Shown here one piece after another: positions 18,301-22,410 of a DNA stretch of 27,872 nucleotides. Below the pieces are notes generated by a model that did no database searches, had not been told where the DNA came from, and saw only the letters and a list, made by a program, of their open reading frames with translations. The DNA comes from a virus (Duplodnaviria > Caudoviricetes), in the IMG/VR virus record IMGVR_UViG_3300017956_000095, positions 1-27,872 of that record. The stretch is one strand, 5' to 3'. The position numbers and the translations under genes were made by a program. The first letter of the stretch is position 1. The number at the start of each line of letters is the position of its first letter.

Positions 18301-19649
18301 CAGGTGATGAAATTATGGTGTATCAGTTTAGCAATCATGATAGCCAAGGTATTGATTGGCAGTCCTATGATATTGAGGAACGGACAGCATTACGACAAGG
18401 CTACATAGAAAGCTCGGCAGTGTTTATTGTTCCGCACCCCACCTCAGACATTACTTTAGATTTTGAGCTGGAGTATGGGTCCTTATATAGCGTCACACTA
18501 AACGATATTCGTATTGATGACATAAACTATGGAACAGATGAACCAGTAACAAACCCATTTGCAAAAATCAAACCAATAGAAGGCGATGGTACTAATGTAA
18601 TTCATCTACCAGACATTGGACCGTTCCTCAAAGAGAACGATTTTATGAGGATTGAGAAAATAGGAGCTGAGATTATACATGACGCTAGTTCAAAAGATTG
18701 GTATGAGTTTAGATTGATGCAGAATGGATTTATTCCTCTAAACAAACCTGCTATTGAAGTATATTATGTTTGGGTAGCAGTAAATGGTAAGCTATTATCA
18801 CCGAGTGTAGATTATCGCTTGACAAATGATAAAAAATATATTAAACTAGCAACAAACTTGATGGTAGGTGACAACGTGCAGACAATACACTTTAGTAATC
18901 GTCCTCAGTCAGGAAAACTTGGATGGAGACAGTTTAAGGATGTTCTTAATAGAACTCATTATATGATTATAGATGGTACAAAAAATATTGAACTAGCACA
19001 AGATTTGCATTGGAATGATAAAACAGTAGAGTTAGTAGATGGAACGCATTTACCAGATCCAGGCAAAGGAGCAAAAAATCCAGGTGTAGTGTTTATCAAT
19101 AAAGAGAGGGTTGAATACTTTGAAAAAGTAAATAATAGGTTACAGCAGTTGCGTCGAGGAACATTAGGAACAGGAGTCAATGCTGTTGTTTCAGCTGGAA
19201 CTGAGATTTATAATGGCTCGGTGACAATGATGCTGCCTTATAAAGACGAGACAAAAACCCTAACATATATAGCAGATGGAATATCTAATGAATATGAATT
19301 AGATTATATTCCTGAAAGTGTAAATGAGTTTGAAGTATATGTAGCTGGTGTGCGAATGCGTAAAACATTTTTAGAGTCATACCAACTTAATAGTGATTTA
19401 CGCAAGCAATATGCCAAAGATGGACAGTTGGTAGCACAAGATTCTCCTGAAGGTGATGTAACATTACCCCCAGAATTTACAGTAGAAAGCAATAAATTAA
19501 TATTGTTACATACTCCTGAGAAAAATCAACATATTCATATAATAAGAAAACTGGGCGCTCCTTGGACAGAAGAAGGTAAAGCACTAGGTGAAAGTGAAAC
19601 ACTAATTGCTAGAATGATCAAGTCAGCACAGGTGGATCTGCCTAGATAA
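3315..19649 (+). CDS. Giant (5444 aa) mosaic virion/baseplate structural protein, positionally the gp7-like wedge partner of gp6
   Basis: Uninterrupted 16.3-kb ORF directly after the gp6-like gene. Acidic and aromatic-rich. Contains FG-GAP repeats (FGATMAV..GSPY, GFGFSVDM..VGAPF, GFGESISL..VGAPFDD..GRVYIY), CBM5/12-like W/F-x5-Y-x2-G-D-x-V modules, (I/V)xxxGxGY repeats and (A/T/G)DG-turn beta repeats typical of large-myovirus structural proteins. The gp7 equivalence is inferred from gene order only. Confidence 0.8.
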   Translation: MALDNEQSEPSLPGGDDSYRRESSNHLPRFFRTDFNKKFLNATLDQMLTPGKVEKLAGFYGRKNAKAYKSDDSYITDVTANRENYQFEPVTVIKDGVGNVDFYSDYNDYINTIDILKGNISDHSKLNEQEYYTWNPQINWDKFINFREYYWMPLGPELVTVVGQTKEIESTYDIKIKEEDESSAYVFTPNGFTTNPTFTLYRGQTYRFEIDVPNFPIAFVTKISFIPGRATLIEAFEGTRRPGVYDYLYYDQDVERYDAGGWLIPPREASFTEEEQENASLLYRNGMTFFDENGNENQNIVFVENGIIEFKVPETAPDVLYYISKDDANISGMIKIQDIVEATEIDVQKEIIGKKDYKTTGGWNLSNGMKLEFAGDVFPTKYGEGEWYVEGVGERIELINRDDLELNSLFVDDFEVEFDDVPFDYFPFSEAMGYPRKKDYIVINRGSKDGNAWSKHNRWFHIDVIEKSLELNGLHPAVDQNLRARRPIIEFDAGLHLHKFGTYNKKPVDLVDTYTKDAFSTIEGSVGYNIDEIDVTDGMRILFLADTDKLVRNKIFKVKFIVVNNSRQITLLEESDTEPLLNETVLITKGKTEKGKFYYYNGTDWKEGQAKNDVNQPPLFALYSYDDISYVDPIYFKDSQFQGNKIFSYKVGTGTNDNELGFPLSYQNISNSGDILFSFDLVNEEFIHTRDNQFSLQKTETAFLRKYVDRETYNIHNGWIKASNDANQNIIRQFVATGLGTDFPIDVYDDLDFVNDAWLRVYLNNKLQVFQTDFETITNVNGNPYIRFLKQLKDGDVVQIKTRSSKPKNENGYYEIPYSLERNPKNENIKEFTLGEVIDHVVTIVEEDDRFLGNFPGNSNLRDLGPTSHYGRKFLKHSAPFNIAAYHLMDTDSNVLESIHFASKEYAKFKRLFLETSENLGYDGPIKQHVDKIMEEIIRDKTDNMPFYFSDMIPLSGSMVNTEDIYDTDQEYFALSEPYNLDTPSYKAVQVYLNGKQLIYDRDYEFNDEGFVRVFAKKKSRDIIEIYEYQNTVGCYVPPTPTKLGLFPKYEPQFYIDDTVQVVPYFDITGPFKVYAKAAPGYPGDDKVGWFYPLYTAIDDAQLKDTQLGGSGEFTVHRFGGMQTTFFMPKSAQNIAAQDHSGYEEWTEGQAVIQGHDGSIVAAFKDYRDELILEIEKRIYNNLKVKYDPNLFDIHGIREGFYRKTGIPKKDIDTAMIGEFLSWAKLINRTYTDHIYYDKENTFTFNYHNTRFSNGEKLPGWWREAFKYAFDTDRPHTHPWEMLGFTVRPKWWVEQYGEAPYTNNNFLMWEDIEKGIIRQPKFRIDKRFVRPGLMKNLPVDSHGVLLSPSSANLIKSYDFNDIDSSFVFGDGGPVESAWKRSSEYPFSLLKACILNRPLKTFATAYDRIRQVRNNSNQIVYSEIQQPLQLSNIAFPSSVNSPSNVITSGLINYVVEYRSVLTQAQYDKYKSDLSRITNQLSFKIGGYTDKSKFKLILDSRSPLNEGNIFIPSENYTVSLGSSYPIQEFMYSGVIIEKQPEGFYIRGYDTQNPSFSYHKPNKKNSDTLINVGGITVPFLYWGEGKIYSEDAVIKFDNSYWRCAVTHRSTAEFDVTKFHKLPKLPTIGGIDAHIRKTYEYQISHLDYGSLLTTHQDVVDFLLGYGEYLKNIGFEFSVFNDSAYELSDWLYAAKQYLFWVTQNWDAGALITLSPGAELLKFKNKFSTVSNVFDTSSGYSVLRADGTPLKNKYLKILRDRDNVFTIRTSNTRSGIYAIRIPIVLKEHVVLIDNKTIFNDVIYDMPAGYRQERIKVLGYRTDGWNGSLNIPGFIYDAARVTDWEEWQDYAVGDMVKYKEFYYSANSKIVGSTSFKSEDWTRLDDKPEPKLYANFDYRVEQFSDFYDLDSDNLDTEQQRMAQHLIGYQKRKYLQNIINNDVSQYKFYQGMLHEKGTRNALTKLFDVLSGSNTDSLEFYEEWAIKNGQYGAVSSFEEVEYILDETKFRLVPQPVLLTNNATGRETDLIYRIPSHEVYLKPQNYNHKPFPTKCVTDTFTKNSGYVYVKDVDYVLDRYERLVDLDTSEIKQNDYVWVGNTNDDDWGVYRYSVYSTKIEKIWTSEEKKNHFLVSFPNIPYDIEENDIIGITKIQNIEYEEHEDSTIKTTFTDHPDADGFYTVTNKSLNVLELETTVDKLSNIAAITNPDITGLVSIFKLVRYDNVLDISNTPEEELIPKSKFWVDNAEEDKWAVVEKLDNIEVSKPIINPADGYNYKFGATMAVNKNNTLMVTGSPYEGDGKVYIFTRASQVRDWQLVEVLEPTFPSVASNNQGFGFSVDMDPNAKYVIVGAPFASNIKTQSVGLFDEDVIYTAGQIVEHNGSFWQAIVDVFRASEKIKFQSFVNTSQDLVDYDLDDDDDPEINYILTGDYPLDRIQTDHFLLRLPDQMYKGVQTGDQVKLKWNTITNANQTQVELTAREPFDGEVGGLTSADIDGWHTVEFKIDVILYIQNLLGSPNLDDIVSSDTGVGRVAYFRNETGYATIYINEVVGNFEATGTLMRNEDVIGDYSLAAPNNGDNFNIAENYGGYVFIKSPNLLSVGFTTVEYGRGLLITDADVHNDPSPRTAEYYNILDYLPSTTYGDNTEISMIRTLSCQGTMLVNAGLFSDDPIELPYYGVRGPKVLTDKLSKGDKLSTYFNTLKKTVTVLKVRNTRFTLPPEIFEGEVLTQANTGATATVFSDKVEISPETTDPSNPIYDIQVIWLSPIAKFNKADELFGSKSGQLYIRPVFEPVEGPLTKLSEIGIPDRFNNNDNSTEIWDLWDGFIDYSEEFYSYEGLPYVPKSVYVYNGFGDIIDTGIAPHVIRQPSTGATAEVMYLQRLSEKTLRAYVKNVTGQWTVGTKYGDEQEIEMVARPGEPDPWNRRNIFDIPRTMGHVTRTSLGYETEGVGKMIIFRDPTNLPIIIDEDTGLQKEELVGYEYWFYWNREVEGMFNMSNEPTNSSSVWREVFNIQATSIGYPSDKTNEGMVYVYQRFGNNFVLDKMLVAPNRESDQYFGYNVKLRDVGNEFYHAYILAKGADESYDNPGKLYFLKQGEDDRVFYNWDYSKDKRFRGEFDETQSYKVRDIVYLGDKLYSAKTNIIALPFDIDRWTEIQDDEYIDYVGYIPNDLPYNITGPLGVKLDRDTLYDFGTVYDVSMDGEVIAAYIKYALEPNVIAIYRNYEGRYLWAENIYAPTKDAGFGESISLNEDGSVLVVGAPFDDTVDHDQGRVYIYKMINGSFELTQEIECPNNEALEMFGTTVDVSQNFLSIGAKNGEDEVPTIIDSGVTTFDLGFTSFRFVKKNVGVVHMYQNYLDKYIYGESVGYDLLNELAYGFGEYVIYNNDHLYVGLPEISRSETSEGIIVNYHKTSDYYHTLREPKPTVDVDKIKRVILYNIKENKIIKYLDYVDPLQGKIPGLADENLSYKLYYDPARYNEIFNQDLRAIYNKENSWGKQQVGKLWWDLNNAKYYHPYQEDVTYSTNYWSKTFDSNSIDIYEWVESDILPSAWDLLADTLEGLALGISGRSRYGDQIYVELQEYDSVAQIFTKKYYFWVKDKKVIPNVEGRTMHSYNVSQLMEDPAKFGYPFVAMVSDSSFSIYNSTQYLEDQNVAISFQYWNIEDQDINIHNEYQILSENLAISVPRRDIEMKWVDSLVGYDKFGRTVPNPSLDPKYRYGTLNEPRQGWFVNRIEALKQYVERLNYVLRQHLIVDNKSLTRLHEYDKPPLKTSNLYDIEVDLRADLDQYGTSRLEEAKVILDVVDGRIDSVLITNPGRGYFVSPTYHIKSRGQDAIIEFDLNSVGSLIRAHVLDGGKNYHDGAEIELRRFTALVRNDETIEGKWALYEREHNADSWRRIQSQGYDVRLYWDYIDWYKKGFSEVSAVKHIVQYSYELPSVDDSIGDLVKINHIGSGGWLLLKKIDNQSNVDYTVNYETIGREKGTIEFKSSLYDPFAGLVNFDIINFDTNFYDGLPSTEIRYIAQAIKEDIFIDDLAVEYNKLFFAAIRYVLTEGANVDWLFKTSFIRAKHNVGTLREDITFNNDNLASYQDYISEVKAFKAKIREYISSYEKTDSTVSRITDFDLPPYYSPEQEKIVPHAIKIWDDHLLGAQFVNTYPNKNWYDNSSYVLTEVRIVDPGYGYQSPPQVVLTGGGGSGAKIRTHLGSNGIVRLAEIIDEGRGYYSLPKITINGSLEEGGRPVILSVKIGRALPRSLKTDIKFDRITGKYFITDLEETDNVISSGSQYVFDLTWPMNLRRGFTKVYVDDIALLTSEFTYKNILDTSKSYDRHHGQIIFAEPAPKYSKIRIEYIKDAELLSAADRINLYYEPEIGQFGKDLSQLMDGVDYGGVEVKAFDFGNKVGWDTENWYDTSWDSYDLTFTDQSFKVIPHILSFAQLGYKLWINWGLIGRDINFAKDPLNLPAMASPSFINIYNKGSQFEMADLIHGEDVQKYALGTLTDPDALSTIDNYLIPRFGELTVNEIAELIKDGLLKEIAFEAQQPLENGELYNVYYNGIRIDDEQYGTGNETNPNAKVKTITGDGTNTKILLRELGIDPEVDDIFVLRKPSSDGSFLPSEFDYDTMLSGGSLTYANAKGITADEIVVDGDNFVTPMTSKGPEEQVPGHLVDTLDITVFERPTPGVSTITSRNFVTDGTNKIYPIGVSPLTEHSLMVKIDGKLKKVKTDYKINSADQTIEFVRKPRAGRKVSLITLDYSGTDILDVDTIIADGVSVDYYINVRWSEDLSSQVSVNAENQDYTLVKSDDSSYPTPDNVVIQFAIPPAAGSIIRYAIFKGDEGKYSTVTVDTFTADGSSIEYQLSQIPEQQEPTEWYTMVLLNGELLNPGYVETITLTEVREYKLKLYQVPLSSVDVKQMRVFLNDHELERIKEWRYSSLEEIDPLLHPDQQAGSLIQLQRGVGKPGDIMKVYVTGQENHPKNAVSSGGDYRYGYFDLQGEFVKTPGILYVNKPHNAGDEIMVYQFSNHDSQGIDWQSYDIEERTALRQGYIESSAVFIVPHPTSDITLDFELEYGSLYSVTLNDIRIDDINYGTDEPVTNPFAKIKPIEGDGTNVIHLPDIGPFLKENDFMRIEKIGAEIIHDASSKDWYEFRLMQNGFIPLNKPAIEVYYVWVAVNGKLLSPSVDYRLTNDKKYIKLATNLMVGDNVQTIHFSNRPQSGKLGWRQFKDVLNRTHYMIIDGTKNIELAQDLHWNDKTVELVDGTHLPDPGKGAKNPGVVFINKERVEYFEKVNNRLQQLRRGTLGTGVNAVVSAGTEIYNGSVTMMLPYKDETKTLTYIADGISNEYELDYIPESVNEFEVYVAGVRMRKTFLESYQLNSDLRKQYAKDGQLVAQDSPEGDVTLPPEFTVESNKLILLHTPEKNQHIHIIRKLGAPWTEEGKALGESETLIARMIKSAQVDLPR
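10113..13499 (+). repeat. Seven FG-GAP (integrin-alpha-like) beta-propeller repeats inside the giant protein
   Basis: FG motifs near 10113 (FGATMAV), 10284 (FGFSVDM), 12444 (FGYNVKL), 12846 (FGTVYDV), 12999 (FGESISL), 13170 (FGTTVDV) and 13404 (FGEYVIY). Closing strands GKVYIF, GMVYVY, GKLYFL, VIAIY, GRVYIY, GVVHMY and GIIVNY. Confidence 0.7.
14706..15960 (+). repeat. Two pairs of (I/V)xxxGx(G/N)Y beta repeats inside the giant protein
   Basis: ITNPGRGYFVSP (14706), VLDGGKNY (14823), IVDPGYGYQSPPQVVLTGGGGSGA (15792) and IIDEGRGYYSLPKITI (15912). This repeat type is common in large T4-like phage baseplate and structural proteins. Confidence 0.7.
16896..18620 (+). repeat. Internal ~50-aa duplication in the giant protein (copy 1 at 16896-17048, copy 2 at 18468-18620)
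   Basis: LENGELYNVYYNGIRIDDEQYGTGNE-TNPNAKVKTITGDGTNTKILLRELG versus LEYGSLYSVTLNDIRIDDINYGTDEPVTNPFAKIKPIEGDGTNVIHLPDIG. Confidence 0.85.
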
Positions 19650-19652
19650 ATA
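19645..19652 (+). promoter_or_regulatory. Putative T4-type late promoter (GATAAATA) overlapping the stop codon of the giant gene
   Basis: 7/8 match to the T4 gp55-dependent late consensus TATAAATA, 17 nt upstream of ATG 19670. Confidence 0.55.
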
Positions 19653-19669
19653 AAATAACGGGATATAAT

Positions 19670-20272
19670 ATGAAAGACAATAGTGGGATATTAGTTGAAG
19701 GATATATCAAAATTTATGATCCAGAAACAGAGCAAGTATTTATAGATAAAAGAAATGCTATTCATTATGAGAATATGAGTATAGCACTTGCTCAAAGTTT
19801 AAGTAATGCTGGCGCAGGATTTATATATTCTATGAGTTTTGGTAATGGAGGAACAAGCGTTGATCCAACAGGAATTATTACATACCTTACTCCAAATTCT
19901 ACAGGAGTTAATGCGTCTCTTTACAACGAAACTTACTCAAAGGTAGTAGATGATCGAAGTATCAATAATTCAGATCCGTATAGAAATAAAACTGAAGTAA
20001 GACATGTTAGTGGTACAAATTATACAGATGTGCTTACGACTTGTTTGTTAGATTACGGCGAGCCTGCAGGGCAAGATGCGTTTGATACAGCATCAGATAA
20101 TAATAACTTATTTGTATTTGATGAGTTAGGATTACGAAGTTGGAACCCAGATGGACAAGGATTACTTATTACTCATGTATTATTCCACCCGGTTCAAAAA
20201 AGCCTCAACAGACTTATCCAAATTGATTATACAGTGAGAGTCCAAAGCCTCTCAGGATTGATAGGAGAGTAA
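19670..20272 (+). CDS. 200-aa virion structural protein, probably baseplate or fibre-attachment
   Basis: Clean ORF with GGGA upstream, between the giant protein and the fibre genes. The motifs MSFGNGG, LDYGEP and FVFDELGL..LLITHVLFHPVQKS..IDYTVRV resemble the E.GL...G.L.....P..K pattern of phage fibre N-terminal/baseplate-attachment domains (inference). Confidence 0.7.
   Translation: MKDNSGILVEGYIKIYDPETEQVFIDKRNAIHYENMSIALAQSLSNAGAGFIYSMSFGNGGTSVDPTGIITYLTPNSTGVNASLYNETYSKVVDDRSINNSDPYRNKTEVRHVSGTNYTDVLTTCLLDYGEPAGQDAFDTASDNNNLFVFDELGLRSWNPDGQGLLITHVLFHPVQKSLNRLIQIDYTVRVQSLSGLIGE
20263..20267 (+). promoter_or_regulatory. Shine-Dalgarno site (AGGAG) for ORF 20274
   Basis: AGGAG 6 nt upstream of ATG 20274, inside the last codons of the preceding gene. 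The stop and start are 1 nt apart (TAA-T-ATG), suggesting translational coupling. Confidence 0.7.
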
Positions 20273-20273
20273 T

Positions 20274-22406
20274 ATGCCATATCAGATTTTATTTACAGAT
20301 TATGTAAACAAGCTAGGTATAGTTGTTGAGGATGGAACTATCAATCAAGAAACCTCATTAAAATTACCAGGGCGTAACGCCACTGCTTACGGTACAGTAA
20401 TTGCTGAAAACTTTTTGCATTTATTAGAAAACTTTGCTGCTTCTACAGAGCCATCCGTTCCAGTCCAAGGACAATTGTGGTATGACTCAGGTGATGACGC
20501 AGGAGAGCTAAGAGTTTATAATGGAACTGACTGGGTAACTGTAAATGGTGTTAACAAATCATTAGAAACTCCTACAAATCCTAGAGAAGGCGATTTGTGG
20601 ATTGATAGAAACAATTTACAACTAATGATGTTTACAGGTGAAGAAAAAGGCGCTGAGTGGGTATTGATTGGGCCGCAATTTCAAGGTGGTGTTGTAACAG
20701 GATCAACACCAAAAGCAGTTGTTGGTATTGATGATAATATATACAATATTTTACAAATAGATATCAATGCTATGCCTTCAATGATTATATCTACATATGA
20801 GTTTACTCCTAAAGTAAAAATACCAGGCTTTGTTACATTATACCCTGGTATGAATATGAGCACAAGATATGAGACAGGGCAGAAACCACTAAAGTATTTT
20901 GGTGTATCTGAAAAAGCTGAAAACCTTATTGTAAATAATCAATCAGTTCCTGCTGGTAATTTTATGCGTAAGGATGAGATTAGCTCAACTTCATTTTATT
21001 TGAATGTACAACATGATACAGGAATTAATTATGGACTAAATGCTGCTCTTAATGTAGGCGTTGATGGACAAGTAGGTGTTGTAAAAAGTAAGGTAGCAGG
21101 TGCTGGTGTTGATATTAGAGTACGAGGCGATTCCTCTGATTTGTTTGCTGTTAGAGCTACATCAGCAGAGTCACCAGTAACATTTACACAAGTAATTAGA
21201 GTTGGTATTAATAATAGAAATCCATCTACTACCTTAGATGTAGCAGGCGATGTAAGAATATCCATACCAGTAGAAGATGCAACACAAGGAAATTTAGTTA
21301 TTGATAGCACTAAAGATAGTACCTTAATCAGTAACGGATCTATTGTAACTGCTGGTGGTATTGGTGTTGCAAAAAGTATTACTATTGGTGAAAAACTTAA
21401 AGTTGGATTTTTAGGTGCGAGTTATAATGATGGTGAGATTGAAACACGAAGAGTAATACCAGATAAAGACGCCTCACAAATTATTGACAAAGCAAATGAT
21501 ATGTCATACATTGGAACTAAGGATCTAAAGTATGGTGAGATACATGCTCAAAACATTTATGGAGATTTGACAGGTACTGTAAATGGATCAGTATCAGGTA
21601 GAGCAGGATCAGCAAATCAATTGGCAGCAGCAAGTACATTCTCATTCGCAGGTGATGTAGAACTTGAAGATGAAGTTATATTTTTAGGTAAAGGCGGATT
21701 AGTTCCTTTTGTTACACGACTTAGCAACGGTTTTATATCATCGAAAGAACCAGTAGAAGAAATACAAAGAGATGATGAGCTTTTAGTTAATAGAATTAGA
21801 ACTGACATTGGTGTTAAAAAGGTGACAGTTCAAAAATTGCTTAGTGCAGTTCCAATTATGCCTGTTGGTAGTATTGTTCCTTATGCTGGCGAAGAATCAC
21901 CTCCAGGATGGCTGTTATGTGATGGTAGAAAAGTATTAAGATCAGATTATGTAGAGCTATTTGAGACTATTGGATTTTTATATCAAGGCGGTGTAGCAAC
22001 TACAGATGGAATGTTTACTTTGCCAGATTTGAGAGGACGATTTCCTTTAGGAATGCATAACATGGGAGGAATTGCTCCGTATGTTGAAGTTGTAGGAGAA
22101 TCTGCTGCTGAGGTATTGGGAGCGCATGGTGGTGATGATGAAGTAGATATTTTAGAAGAAAACTTACCAGATCACAAGCATACATTGTTCCATAATAATA
22201 TGCAGTATTATGCTCTAGCACAAAAACAATACAATATTGCTGATTCTGAAATAGATGATTATCACTTTTATACACAAACATCTGGATCACTAGATGGAGT
22301 TGGTATGAAAAATACACAAGGTATAAAAACATCAGGATCTTTAGGGCAACCAATTAATAAAATGAATCCGTTTTTGACATTGAATTATATTATATATGCA
22401 GGATGA
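20274..22406 (+). CDS. Tail fibre / baseplate pin protein with C-terminal phage tail collar domain (T4 gp10/gp12-like C-terminus)
   Basis: Tail collar motif MPVGSIVPYAG..PPGWLLCDG....RSDY.ELFETIG..Y......FTLPDLRGRFPLG at 21858-22052, then ENLPDHKH (HxH at 22173-22181) and terminal NPFLTLNYIIYAG. N-terminal ENFLHLLENFA..GQLWYD module shared with the next two genes. Stop is TGA. Confidence 0.8.
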   Translation: MPYQILFTDYVNKLGIVVEDGTINQETSLKLPGRNATAYGTVIAENFLHLLENFAASTEPSVPVQGQLWYDSGDDAGELRVYNGTDWVTVNGVNKSLETPTNPREGDLWIDRNNLQLMMFTGEEKGAEWVLIGPQFQGGVVTGSTPKAVVGIDDNIYNILQIDINAMPSMIISTYEFTPKVKIPGFVTLYPGMNMSTRYETGQKPLKYFGVSEKAENLIVNNQSVPAGNFMRKDEISSTSFYLNVQHDTGINYGLNAALNVGVDGQVGVVKSKVAGAGVDIRVRGDSSDLFAVRATSAESPVTFTQVIRVGINNRNPSTTLDVAGDVRISIPVEDATQGNLVIDSTKDSTLISNGSIVTAGGIGVAKSITIGEKLKVGFLGASYNDGEIETRRVIPDKDASQIIDKANDMSYIGTKDLKYGEIHAQNIYGDLTGTVNGSVSGRAGSANQLAAASTFSFAGDVELEDEVIFLGKGGLVPFVTRLSNGFISSKEPVEEIQRDDELLVNRIRTDIGVKKVTVQKLLSAVPIMPVGSIVPYAGEESPPGWLLCDGRKVLRSDYVELFETIGFLYQGGVATTDGMFTLPDLRGRFPLGMHNMGGIAPYVEVVGESAAEVLGAHGGDDEVDILEENLPDHKHTLFHNNMQYYALAQKQYNIADSEIDDYHFYTQTSGSLDGVGMKNTQGIKTSGSLGQPINKMNPFLTLNYIIYAG

Positions 22407-22410
22407 ATAA

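Noticed and set aside
3315-19649. Intein, intron or homing endonuclease as the explanation for the giant ORF
   Set aside because: I recognised no intein splice-junction pair, LAGLIDADG, HNH or GIY-YIG motif. The insertions look like structural domains.
3315-19649. Tape-measure protein, or bacterial giant adhesin / RTX or Rhs toxin
   Set aside because: The composition is beta/aromatic-rich rather than Ala-rich helical. There is no signal peptide, GGxGxD nonapeptide array or Rhs core, and the context is a phage baseplate operon.
22015-22353. Minus-strand ORF with a His6 run (LLHHHHHHAL)
   Set aside because: The run is the reverse complement of CATGGTGGTGATGATGAA (HGGDDE) in the collar-fibre gene, so it is a coincidental antisense product.
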